Part shown: piece by piece, positions 1-9,520 of the stretch | Layout of the letters: each line of letters starts with the position of its first letter | How positions within the stretch are numbered: position 1 is the stretch's first letter | Assembly (NCBI GenBank): GCA_963667145.1 | Contig: OY762943.1 | Location: 498,122-562,121 of the forward strand | Direction of reading: 5' to 3' | DNA length: 64,000 bases | Source: Candidatus Cloacimonadota bacterium | Lineage (GTDB): Bacteria > Cloacimonadota > Cloacimonadia > G963667145 | The notes under the pieces: model-generated | Database searches by the model: none | Told to the model about the DNA's origin: nothing | What the model saw: only the letters and a program-made list of their open reading frames with translations | Position numbers and translations under genes: made by a program

Positions 1-188
1 AGATAAAATCTGTCCCTATTCGCCCAATCGGGATTTTTCGGATTGTGTTTCATTTTGGCATACGCCCCGAGCATCAATTCCACTCCAGACAAACTTCCAC
101 CACTATGCCCAGAACCTGAACAATGTAAAGCAATAAGAATGTTCGCTCTAATATCTTTGGCTACTTCAACTAAACTTTTTTCTTGCAT
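1..188 (-). CDS. Transketolase N-terminal part (partial, runs off window start)
   Basis: Manual translation MQEKSLVEVAKDIRANILIALHCSGSGHSGGSLSGVELM...NPDWANRDRFY matches the transketolase GHxGGSLS and RDRF motifs. Confidence 0.85.
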   Translation of the reverse strand, partial: MQEKSLVEVAKDIRANILIALHCSGSGHSGGSLSGVELMLGAYAKMKHNPKNPDWANRDRFY

Positions 189-288
189 AATTTGGTTCTC
201 CACTATTTTTTGAATAAAATCTTAATTTTAGATAATCCTCCAACGACAAGGATTGTTATCACTTTGATAAAGATTTGAAGGAGATTTT

Positions 289-954
289 TTGTCAAAAAGA
301 AATTTGATAATTATTTTTATACTTTTAGTAGGGACTGTAATTGCTTGGATAACTCCCATCGATTTGGCTGTCAGCAACTATTTTTTTGATAACGGATGGA
401 TTCACCAAAACGAATTTCCGTGGCCGATAATCAAAGATTGGGGTGTATGGCCTCCTAACTCTCTCGGAATTTTTGCTTTATTGGTGCTAATAATCGGCTT
501 CTTCAAAAAAGCTTTTGTCAAATTCCGTGGACAATGTTTATTTTTGGTTGTTGTGATTTTGATAGGTCCTGGGCTCATCGTTAATTCCATCTTCAAAGAA
601 AATTACGGAAGACCAAGACCACGACAAATCCAGCAATTCAACGGCGAAAAGCAGTTCAAAAAAGCGTGGGTATATTCCGACCAAAACGGGCACTCATTCC
701 CCTCAGGTCACTCATCTATTGCATTTTACTTCATCAGTCTGTACTACGTTTTGAAGAGAAATAGAAAGAAAATCGCTAACTGGTGTTTTTTCGGCGGAAT
801 TGCCTACGGCATCTTGATGAGTTTCACGAGGATAATTCAAGGAGCGCATTTTTTCAGCGATTGTTTGTGGGCTTTCGGCTTCGTTTGGCTGACCTGCGAA
901 TTAGCGGACAAGTGGATTTTGAACAATCCAAAATTAAATATAGGAAGGCAGTAA
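289..954 (+). CDS. PAP2-family membrane phosphatase
   Basis: KENYGRPRP, SFPSGH and TRIIQGAHFFSD motifs; hydrophobic segments. Confidence 0.9.
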   Translation: MSKRNLIIIFILLVGTVIAWITPIDLAVSNYFFDNGWIHQNEFPWPIIKDWGVWPPNSLGIFALLVLIIGFFKKAFVKFRGQCLFLVVVILIGPGLIVNSIFKENYGRPRPRQIQQFNGEKQFKKAWVYSDQNGHSFPSGHSSIAFYFISLYYVLKRNRKKIANWCFFGGIAYGILMSFTRIIQGAHFFSDCLWAFGFVWLTCELADKWILNNPKLNIGRQ

Positions 955-1953
955 ATGAACCAATTCGGACAAAACTTTCGACTTAGCATTTTCGGGCGTT
1001 CACACAGTCAATTTGTCGGAATAACAATAGATGGCGTGCCTGCTGGCATTCCTCTGTGTGCAGAAGATTTTAGCAAAGATTTGGACAGACGCAAAAGTGG
1101 AAAAATCGGGACTACGCCGAGAGTAGAAGCCGATGAACCGCAGATAGTTTGCGGAACACACAACGGCTTTACCAGTGGCGACCCGCTCACTATTCTCTTT
1201 GCAAATAATAACACCAAGAGCAAAGATTACAGCAACTTGGTTCATCATCCTCGTCCATCTCACGCCGATTTTGTGGCAAGCAAGAAATTTAACGGCTTCA
1301 ACGACCCGTCTGGTGGAGGACATTTTTCGGGCAGGCTCACGCTGTGTTTGGTTTCAGCAGGAGTAGTTGCCAAGAAAATTGCCAAAAACATTAAATTCAA
1401 AAGCAAAATCGTTTCTATCGGCGGATACACAGAACCAGCTGAAATCGAAAAAGCTATAGCAGATGCTCAGCAATCTCACGATTCTCTCGGAGGAACTGTG
1501 GAAACCACCATCAACGGAGTACCTGTTGGCTTAGGAGAGCCTTTTTTTGGGTCGTTGGAATCCAACATCGCTCATTTGGCTTTTTCCATACCTGCACTGA
1601 AATCCATCGAATTTGGAGCAGGAAGTCAAGTCAGCCAAAGCAAAGGCAGTGACAACAACGACAAAATCGTCGGTGAAGACGGCAAAACTCTCTCCAACAA
1701 CGACGGAGGAATTGTGGGCGGAATCAGCAACGGAAATCCAATTGTCTTCCGTTGCCACTTCAAACCGACACCGTCGATTGGGCAACCGCAAAACACATTC
1801 AATTTTGAGAAAAAACAGGTTGAACCCTTGCAAATCGTGGGCAGACATGATGCTTGCTTAACTTTGAGAGCCGCTGTCGTTGTGGAGTCTGTCGCAGCCA
1901 TCGCCATTGCGGAAGCAATTTTATTCGCAAACTCAACCAGCCAAAAAGCATAA
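955..1953 (+). CDS. aroC: Chorismate synthase
   Basis: FGxSH, RPSHAD, GGGHFSGR, GGISNG, FKPTPSI and GRHD motifs. Confidence 0.95.
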   Translation: MNQFGQNFRLSIFGRSHSQFVGITIDGVPAGIPLCAEDFSKDLDRRKSGKIGTTPRVEADEPQIVCGTHNGFTSGDPLTILFANNNTKSKDYSNLVHHPRPSHADFVASKKFNGFNDPSGGGHFSGRLTLCLVSAGVVAKKIAKNIKFKSKIVSIGGYTEPAEIEKAIADAQQSHDSLGGTVETTINGVPVGLGEPFFGSLESNIAHLAFSIPALKSIEFGAGSQVSQSKGSDNNDKIVGEDGKTLSNNDGGIVGGISNGNPIVFRCHFKPTPSIGQPQNTFNFEKKQVEPLQIVGRHDACLTLRAAVVVESVAAIAIAEAILFANSTSQKA

Positions 1954-2427
1954 ATGATTTTCAATTTCAACGAATTTAAACACAACTGGCGAGCCTACAT
2001 CATTCAATCTCTTTTGGCGACACTAACCATTTTCTTTGTGTTGATTTACCTGGAGATGCAACACATCATCGTGGTCGCCTCAATAGGAGCCAGCACCTTC
2101 ATCGCCTTCGCCATGCCAAAATCTATTCCCGCACAGCCTCGGAACATAATCGGAGGTCAACTCCTTTGCATTTTAATAGGCGTTTCCTTCCACAAATTCA
2201 TCCCTCAGAACGAGATACTGCTATCTTTAGTCACGGCTGGCTCAGTGGGACTTGCCATTTTCTTGATGGTCGTTTTGGACTTCGAGCATCCACCTGCAAC
2301 AGCCACCACCTTGGGAATTGTGCTTGACGGAATAAATTTGAAAGTGGCAATCGTGTTTGCCTGTAGCATCATCTTCTTGTCGCTAATACACAAAATGTTC
2401 GAGAAATTTCTCAGAGATTTAGTCTAA
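1954..2427 (+). CDS. HPP-family membrane protein
   Basis: ASIGAS, AQPRNIIGG and EHPPA motifs. Confidence 0.9.
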   Translation: MIFNFNEFKHNWRAYIIQSLLATLTIFFVLIYLEMQHIIVVASIGASTFIAFAMPKSIPAQPRNIIGGQLLCILIGVSFHKFIPQNEILLSLVTAGSVGLAIFLMVVLDFEHPPATATTLGIVLDGINLKVAIVFACSIIFLSLIHKMFEKFLRDLV

Positions 2428-3408
2428 AACTTTTATCAACTGCCAAAACGCCAAAAACGACTTTTTGACCTCAGCCCCAAACTCTTTTTTTTCGGAAAGC
2501 AAAGCCACACTCGGCATGCCTTTCATTGCAGAGAAAAGCAACACCAATATGTCATCAACAAGAAAATCTTTGCGGATTTGCCCATCAATCTGCCCTTGTT
2601 CCAACCGCTTTTTCATAGTCGAATAAAAAGATTCCTTGATGCGAATCGTTGCGTTTTTAATTCGCTTGCTGGTCAAAATTCCCAAGTTCAGAATTTGCTG
2701 ATAGTTCACCACCACAGAGTCAAAGTTCGTTCCTTCCATCAGCAGAAGTTGACCTTCCAGATTGTTCGCCATTCCAAAGCAGTTTTGCAGAAAATGATAG
2801 CTGTCCTTACTGTCCTCATCCACCTGCTTCAACAACTCTTCCCAACTCTGCAACATATTGATAACACAAGCCACAAAAATCGACTTTTTACTAGTGAAAT
2901 GATGATAAAATCCGCCCTTGGTCAATCCAGCTCGCTTGGCAATTTTGTTTATCGTAGTGTCATAATAGCCAAACTTAAGAAAGCATTTCACACCCGCAGA
3001 AATTAGCTTCTCTTTCGGACTCTTCAGAAATAGCCAAGCCTTATTCATATGCTTCACGTCAAAGTACTTCTCAATCATCGTTTTAGACTGGTCTTTGAAA
3101 ACCATCTTATCCAGCTTGAACATCACTCGCTTCACCTGAGAATTGCCCACAAGAGCAATGTTACGAAATCTCTTTCTATTCTTGAAAGCATAAACAGCCT
3201 CTTTCAGAAGAAGTTGCATCGATTTTTTGTCCAGAGAAAGTTTGTCGATTTTTATCAAAATATTGATTTTCTTGGCACCCATCTTGATTTTTTGCTCAAA
3301 CAAAAATTCAACGGTTTCCATATCTTCGTGGGTATAAGAGCCTATCACCTCAAAGGCGAGAGAAGTTTTGTCATTTTTCAAAACGTTTAACATAATTTTC
3401 TTCCTCAA
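2419..3408 (-). CDS. SpoIIAA-like (STAS/SEC14) domain fused to a TetR-family regulator
   Basis: N-terminal SpoIIAA-like pattern (RNIALVG...KYFD...AWLFL), then TetR HTH (GYYDTTINKIAKRAGLTKGGFYHHFTSK). Confidence 0.75.
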   Translation of the reverse strand: MRKKIMLNVLKNDKTSLAFEVIGSYTHEDMETVEFLFEQKIKMGAKKINILIKIDKLSLDKKSMQLLLKEAVYAFKNRKRFRNIALVGNSQVKRVMFKLDKMVFKDQSKTMIEKYFDVKHMNKAWLFLKSPKEKLISAGVKCFLKFGYYDTTINKIAKRAGLTKGGFYHHFTSKKSIFVACVINMLQSWEELLKQVDEDSKDSYHFLQNCFGMANNLEGQLLLMEGTNFDSVVVNYQQILNLGILTSKRIKNATIRIKESFYSTMKKRLEQGQIDGQIRKDFLVDDILVLLFSAMKGMPSVALLSEKKEFGAEVKKSFLAFWQLIKVLD

Positions 3409-5742
3409 TCAAAATAAACTGTAAGGGTCAACATCCACATTGAGCCTGATGCCGTACAAAGGCGTTAAATTCAGCTTCACGAATTTAACAACCCAATTGA
3501 CCTCTTTGGTGCTTATCGCTTTCACCACCACATGATACCTAAAACGCTTTTTCAGGCGAAAAACAGGAGCTGGAGTTGGTCCCAAAATCTTAATTTTACT
3601 CTCCAAAAAGTCGAACAATTTTTTGTTTTTTTGCAAAAACTTTTCCAGCTTTGCGTCGTCTATTGATGAAAAAACGAACCTTACCATCTTGGAATACGGT
3701 GGATAGTCCAACATCTTTCTGACTTCAAGTGATTTTTCGGCAAAATCCTCAAACTCGCCAGATTTCACCATCTGCAAACACAAATCTTCGGGGTTATACG
3801 TTTGCAATAGAAAAGTTCCCTCTTTTTCTCCTCTGCCCGTTCTGCCAGCAACCTGCGTCAGCAAAGCAAAATTCCTCTCACCAGCCATAAAATCTGGCAT
3901 ATTCAATAAATCGTCCGCCCGCAAAACAACAGCCAAAGTGATGTTGGGAAAATCCCAGCCTTTGGCAACAATCTGCGTTCCCAGAATGATGTCAACCTCG
4001 CCTTTTTCTATCTTCTCCATATTCGCCTTGTGCTTGGCAAAAGAGCTCGCCGTGTCACTATCTACACGCAAAATCTTGGCTTGAGAAAAAAATCTGCTCA
4101 ACATCTCCTCAATCTTCTGCGTACCTGTGCCACCTTTCATAAATCCATAATTTCCACACACAGGGCACTTCTTGGGAATTTCCCGAGTGAACCCGCAATA
4201 ATGACACCTCAAAGCATTGTCACTACTGTGATAACTGAGCGAAATGTGGCAATGTGGACACTGCACCAACTCTCCGCAATCGCGACATTGCAGATACGAG
4301 CTGTGTCCTCTGCGATTTTGCAAAATAATCGTTTGCTCTTTTCTGGACAATCTATCCAACACCAATTGCTTGAACCGCTCAGTGAACAAAGATTTTTCTT
4401 CCTTCAAATCTAAGATTTCAACAGTTGGAAAAGTTGCTTTAAATGGTCGATTATTCAGGCGAAGCAAATTGTGTTTTCCCAAAGCTGTGTTTTCCCACGA
4501 AGCAAAAGACGGAGTCGCAGAACCCAAAATCACCACAGCGTTGTTGCCCTTCGCCCTCACGAGAGCCAAATCACGAGCGTTGTAGAAAGGTGCATTATCC
4601 TGCTTAAAAGTCTGCTCATGCTCCTCGTCCACGATTATCAAGCCAAGATTTTGTACTGGTGCAAAAATAGCCGAGCGAACACCAAGAACAATTTGTGCAG
4701 TTTTCGCCCTCTTCCACTGCAAATACCTCTCGACACCTGCAAGTCCACTGTGCAAAATCGCTATTTTCTCTTTCGGGAACGCCCTGCCAACTCGCTGAAG
4801 CATCATGGGTGTTAGCGAAATCTCTGGCAACAAAAAAAGAACTGTTTTGCCAAGTCGCAAGCAATCACTCATCGCCTTGAAATAGACTTCCGTTTTCCCT
4901 GTTCCAGTTTTCCCAAATAGCAGAAATGAAGAAAATATCTCTTTTTCTATAACTTCCTTGATTTGCAAATAAGCCTCTGTTTGCTCATCAGTTAAGTCAA
5001 TTTCGGAAACTATTTTGTCCTGTGGCTCCAATATCTCGCTAAATTTGTTCCGCAACTCTCTACCAATAATTTTCTTCTCCTCAAGACCTCGAATTACAGA
5101 ATACGAAAATTTTTTGCTGATAACAGACAGAGGGATTGCATCATCACAATCTGCCAACAAATTGAAAAGCTCTCGCTGTTTAAAGCCAAGCTTTGTCGTG
5201 CCAATCTCGGAACAAATAAGCTTTATATAATTCTCTTTCCCTTTCAAAGATTCCGTAGAGTTAGTCCGCAAAATCCGCAAGAAACCACCAGTTTCCAACT
5301 CTTCCAATTTTTTAAAAAATCCAGCTTTGTTGTATTTCTTCCGCAGTTCGTCAACACTAATATCGCCACTTTCGGGCAAAATCTTCAGCAAATCGTCATC
5401 ACTCTTGTTACACAATTTCACAACTTTCTGACTCACCTCAATTCGTGCACCTCTGTCCAAAACCGCAAATAACGCCATTCCAAGCGGATAATGATAGTAC
5501 CGCGACACCCAGTCCGCCAAAGAATACAACTCCTCGTTTATTATCGGCTCATCGTCCAAAATCTCTACGATTTGCTCGCACGTAAAATCTTCAGGCTTCT
5601 GCACCTCTTCTCCAACTATCGCCGTCGTTAGCTTCCTCCGAAGTTTGACCAAAACCCTGACGAGAGGCTTCACTTCAACATCACTGCAATAAATCAGCCC
5701 GTCTTCCAAATTCTGAGCAAAATACAATTTGTAATAATTCAT
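3409..5742 (-). CDS. priA: Primosomal protein N'
   Basis: GKTGTGKTEVY, DEEHE, SATPS, Cys-rich zinc region, QVAGRTGR; ATG at 5742 overlaps the upstream gene's stop. Confidence 0.95.
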   Translation of the reverse strand: MNYYKLYFAQNLEDGLIYCSDVEVKPLVRVLVKLRRKLTTAIVGEEVQKPEDFTCEQIVEILDDEPIINEELYSLADWVSRYYHYPLGMALFAVLDRGARIEVSQKVVKLCNKSDDDLLKILPESGDISVDELRKKYNKAGFFKKLEELETGGFLRILRTNSTESLKGKENYIKLICSEIGTTKLGFKQRELFNLLADCDDAIPLSVISKKFSYSVIRGLEEKKIIGRELRNKFSEILEPQDKIVSEIDLTDEQTEAYLQIKEVIEKEIFSSFLLFGKTGTGKTEVYFKAMSDCLRLGKTVLFLLPEISLTPMMLQRVGRAFPKEKIAILHSGLAGVERYLQWKRAKTAQIVLGVRSAIFAPVQNLGLIIVDEEHEQTFKQDNAPFYNARDLALVRAKGNNAVVILGSATPSFASWENTALGKHNLLRLNNRPFKATFPTVEILDLKEEKSLFTERFKQLVLDRLSRKEQTIILQNRRGHSSYLQCRDCGELVQCPHCHISLSYHSSDNALRCHYCGFTREIPKKCPVCGNYGFMKGGTGTQKIEEMLSRFFSQAKILRVDSDTASSFAKHKANMEKIEKGEVDIILGTQIVAKGWDFPNITLAVVLRADDLLNMPDFMAGERNFALLTQVAGRTGRGEKEGTFLLQTYNPEDLCLQMVKSGEFEDFAEKSLEVRKMLDYPPYSKMVRFVFSSIDDAKLEKFLQKNKKLFDFLESKIKILGPTPAPVFRLKKRFRYHVVVKAISTKEVNWVVKFVKLNLTPLYGIRLNVDVDPYSLF

Positions 5743-7868
5743 TTGATTGTCACGTACCACCGTTTTTTGTACATCGTCTCGCCCTTAGAGATGCTCAACA
5801 CCACATTGTAAACACCAGTCTCCAAAAACTTGCCTCTGTCGTCTTTGCCATCGAATTTGATGTCGCCTTGAATTGCAGATTTCTTGTAATTTCGCAAATT
5901 CCTTTTGAGATTGCCCTGCAAATCGTACACCTTGCAGTGAACTCTGGCAATAGAACGAATCTCGGGAACATTGTAGCCTATGGTAATAGATTCTCCGCGT
6001 CTGATTACCTTCTTGGAAATATTTGTATCAAACCGGTTTTTATATTGATAAACTCTGACAGAATTTGCTTCGCCTGGCGTTGCCGTGTCCACACATTCTC
6101 CCCAAACATTGCCAAGGTCTTGGTAGCCGAATTTCTCCAGCGAAGTCCCTTTCGCCAAATTTATTTTGCCATAGCTCACGGAATCGAACTTCGTCCCCCA
6201 GCAATCTTCCAAAATCAAAACTTCGTCACTGTTGTTCAAACTCACCAACTTTTCGACCTCAATTATCTTAGAAATATCGACTTGTGGATAAAACTGCACG
6301 AACGTGCTTAAGTCGTCCGTAATTACCAAATATTCGCCTTTGTCGATTTGTAAATTAAACTTAGTAATGTCGCTTGATTTATCTCGAATTTGAGCATCGC
6401 CAACAACCAACTTCTCAGTACCTTTGTTGTAAAGTTCCAACCACTCTGGCACACCTTTTTTGGGATTGCACATCACCTCATTTATCACAATCCCAGCATC
6501 AGAGCTAACTGACGACAAAACAATGCAGTTATCACTTTCATCAGCGTCCAATTCACAAGTCAAATTCGCTCTCCAAATTTGATAAACATCAGAAGAATTT
6601 CGGTCACCAAAATCTACCTCAGCACTCTCACCTTTACCCACAAATCCAACTTTGTGTTCAAGCAAAATCGAGTCGTTGCAACTTAGTGAAATCTTAGCAA
6701 AATCTGCTTGTAAATCGAATGTGGATAAGTTGGTGATTTTGGTGTATAACTTTTGGTTCTTCCTATAAAATTCCGATAGTTTCAGCGAAACAGGAAATTT
6801 ATTTATCGCTCCAGGAGTTAAAAACTTTGTAGAAGCAAAATCCAAATTACTCCTATCAAAATCAATATCCAAATTTATTCTTGCCAATGAATTCCCTTCG
6901 GAAACATCGTCCGCAAAACTTTCGCCTACTTCCCCATTTTCATTAGTCAATCCGTTTGTGTTTGGACTGTCATACAAAAGGACATCACAATAACTTGCAT
7001 CAGGCGAAACCAACTTGACACCATCCGTGGCAGAACCTCCATTCTGAAAAGACAGCTTTTTCACAACATCAAACTCAGGATTTGCCCCAATCACAACGAA
7101 AGATTTGGCAGAAACCAAACACGAATCGAATTCGTGCAAAAGAGAATAAGAAGTCCCACCAGCATAGATTTGCCAGCCACACAGATTTATAGAACTATCC
7201 GTGGGATTATAAAACTCCATCCACTCGCTATCTCCATCAGAGCCAGGAGGGTCATAATACAATTCACTAATTTTCATTGTTTGCCATTTTTCAAAAACAG
7301 GTTTTTCTTTCACGTTCGTCTTGCCAGGAGTCGGCTCGGTACATTCCGCAAAATCAACCTCACAATCGTCACAATCTTGTCCATCAATTTTCCGAGCTAA
7401 ACTACTTCCCGAAGAAACGTCAGGAGCAAATTTATTCCCAACAGTCCCGTCTTCTATCGCCAAAGAGTTGCTGTTAGGACTGTCGTACAAAAGCACATCA
7501 CAATAACTGCCATCGGAAGAAACCAACTTCACTCCGTCCGTCGCTGAACCACCGTTTTGGAAAGAAAAATCTTTTTGCAAATCACAAAAATCAGTTGCAC
7601 CTACAACCAAAAAACTCTTCCCCTCTATTGTTACATCAGGAAATGTATAAACAAGAGTAAAACTGCTTCCTCCCGAATAAATTTGCCACGATTGCAAATT
7701 AACAGCACTATCAGCACAATTGTACAGTTCTATCCACTCCTTGCCAGAGTCAGAACCTTCGGGATCGTAGAGAATCTCATTGATTTTCACATTCCCCCAA
7801 ATGTAACCAAAGCAACAATATACACCTGCAAAACTCAATAGCATTCTCAGTCCTACTCTTCCTTTCAT
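5739..7868 (-). CDS. Secreted protein with three lamin-tail domains and a C-terminal FlgD-Ig-like domain
   Basis: INEILYDP...EWIELYN-type motif three times, TPG ends, C-terminal VYDLQG...FDGKDDRG...GVY; hydrophobic N-terminus. Confidence 0.8.
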   Translation of the reverse strand: MKGRVGLRMLLSFAGVYCCFGYIWGNVKINEILYDPEGSDSGKEWIELYNCADSAVNLQSWQIYSGGSSFTLVYTFPDVTIEGKSFLVVGATDFCDLQKDFSFQNGGSATDGVKLVSSDGSYCDVLLYDSPNSNSLAIEDGTVGNKFAPDVSSGSSLARKIDGQDCDDCEVDFAECTEPTPGKTNVKEKPVFEKWQTMKISELYYDPPGSDGDSEWMEFYNPTDSSINLCGWQIYAGGTSYSLLHEFDSCLVSAKSFVVIGANPEFDVVKKLSFQNGGSATDGVKLVSPDASYCDVLLYDSPNTNGLTNENGEVGESFADDVSEGNSLARINLDIDFDRSNLDFASTKFLTPGAINKFPVSLKLSEFYRKNQKLYTKITNLSTFDLQADFAKISLSCNDSILLEHKVGFVGKGESAEVDFGDRNSSDVYQIWRANLTCELDADESDNCIVLSSVSSDAGIVINEVMCNPKKGVPEWLELYNKGTEKLVVGDAQIRDKSSDITKFNLQIDKGEYLVITDDLSTFVQFYPQVDISKIIEVEKLVSLNNSDEVLILEDCWGTKFDSVSYGKINLAKGTSLEKFGYQDLGNVWGECVDTATPGEANSVRVYQYKNRFDTNISKKVIRRGESITIGYNVPEIRSIARVHCKVYDLQGNLKRNLRNYKKSAIQGDIKFDGKDDRGKFLETGVYNVVLSISKGETMYKKRWYVTIK

Positions 7869-7899
7869 AGCAAAAACTATTATTTTCGAAATTTTTGTG

Positions 7900-8997
7900 T
7901 CAATCCAAAACTACAGAAAAATTGGGCGGTATGCAGTAAAAGTATCCACCCTTGTTAATTTTTTCAATGTCTCTCGAATAAAAATCTGTGATGATGGGAT
8001 TTATATTCATCACCTTATAATTTGGTTTCGAGCAATTTTCTTTCAAAATCTGTTTTGGCGATTTCCCATCTCGTCCTCGATTGCCACGGAAATGATTAAA
8101 ATACAGCGTGTAGCAGTGAGTTTTGCACAGAAAATCTTCGCAACTTCCAAAATCCTCAATCCTATAAAACTCATCTTCAATCAAGCAGTGAGCACTCTCA
8201 ACATCCGAGTTATAAGTCGGACTAGCTTTCGGGATGAGCAAATGCTTCGCACCATTTTCGGCTACCATTTTTTCAAAATATGTAATGCCTTTCTTCTTAT
8301 TAACGTTCGTGAATTCCGTGCCATTGTCCGTCTGAAAAGCGACTTTGGAAATATCGACTCCACATTTTGCCAAATTTTTGCACAAATAATCGATATAAAT
8401 CCCTGTATTAACGCTCGTTTTTTCGTAACAAAATCCAATGAATTGCATCCCCGATTTATAGTCGCGAGCAGTTATTTGATACTTCGGGAAATTTTTGTAT
8501 TTAATCCCCTCAAACAACTCTGGTAAGTCGGTCAGATACTTAATATCAACCTGAAATTTCTCGTAAACTTTTGCTTTTTTCCGCATCAAACTCAGGTCTT
8601 TTCTGCGTTGGTATCGTCTTCTTTTCTTCTTAATCAAACCCTCATCACACAGCTTTTTGTGAACAGTGGAATGCGAGCAATTCAGCTGAAGATGGTCAAT
8701 AATTCGTCGTGAACCCCACAGATTATTGGATTTATTTCGGCACTCTCTAATTTCGTCAACCACTTTGGAATTTATACGATTCGGGAAATATTGATTTTTT
8801 CGGGACTTGTTATTCAACCCCTCCTCTCCCTTTAAATTATAGGACTTTACCCACTTTCGCACATTTTTCCTGGTGGTGTTGAATTCACGTGCAGCCTCAG
8901 AAATGGACGTCTCTTTGGCGTACTTCACCAACTTTTTTCAGTAATAAACCTTGTACTTTTTATCCATAAAATTCTTATTGCTTTCGTAATTATTCAT
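7900..8997 (-). pseudogene. IS481-like DDE transposase with a nonsense codon at codon 20
   Basis: CGA in copy 2 is TGA here (8938-8940); the rest of the ORF is intact with FQVDIKY / QTDNGTEF / DVES. Confidence 0.85.
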
Positions 8998-9144
8998 AGT
9001 GGTCAGATTGAGCTTTCACGAGCTGATTTGACCATTTTTTTCCACAATTTACGTGAAAGTTCTAAGCAATCTCCCCATTTTTTTATAAACTTTCCTGTTA
9101 CAAATCGTTAATTTAGGGTGGATACTTTTAGTGTGAACTTTCCA
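7923..9144 (-). mobile_element. IS481-like insertion sequence, copy 1 (1222 bp)
   Basis: TGG...CCA ends sharing subterminal TAAAAGTATCCACCC; 15-bp target duplication AAACTACAGAAAAAT at 7908-7922 and 9145-9159; homologous to 51998-53218. Confidence 0.93.
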
Positions 9145-9236
9145 AAACTACAGAAAAATCCAAACTAAATTTCCTTGACTACAATCCACAAAACACAAGT
9201 AATGGCTCATATTATAGTGTATAAGGAGACTACGAA

Positions 9237-9512
9237 ATGTATAAACATGAAATGCTCGACCAATCAGTAAAATTACTTGTAAAAAATATGGCTTTTTTAA
9301 GAGCTTTAGAAAAAAAAATTACTTCTCCCGATCCAGATTCCATCAATTTGGAAGAAACTACTCAAGCTAATCAACAACAAGCATCAAGTGGCTTAGACTT
9401 TAGCAAAAAGAAAAGTTTGCAAGATGTTCTGAATACTGCTCCCCAAGCTATCGAAAAAGCTGTTGGAGACATGCAAGCAATTTGTAAAAATATAGCTTCT
9501 TACCTATTCTAA
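9237..9512 (+). CDS. Hypothetical protein
   Basis: Strong RBS AAGGAG upstream; heads a co-directional gene run. Confidence 0.7.
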   Translation: MYKHEMLDQSVKLLVKNMAFLRALEKKITSPDPDSINLEETTQANQQQASSGLDFSKKKSLQDVLNTAPQAIEKAVGDMQAICKNIASYLF

Positions 9513-9520
9513 AAACATCA

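Noticed and set aside
8938-8940. TGA recoding (alternative genetic code or selenocysteine)
   Set aside because: Many genes here end normally at TGA, and the other IS copy has CGA (Arg) at this position.
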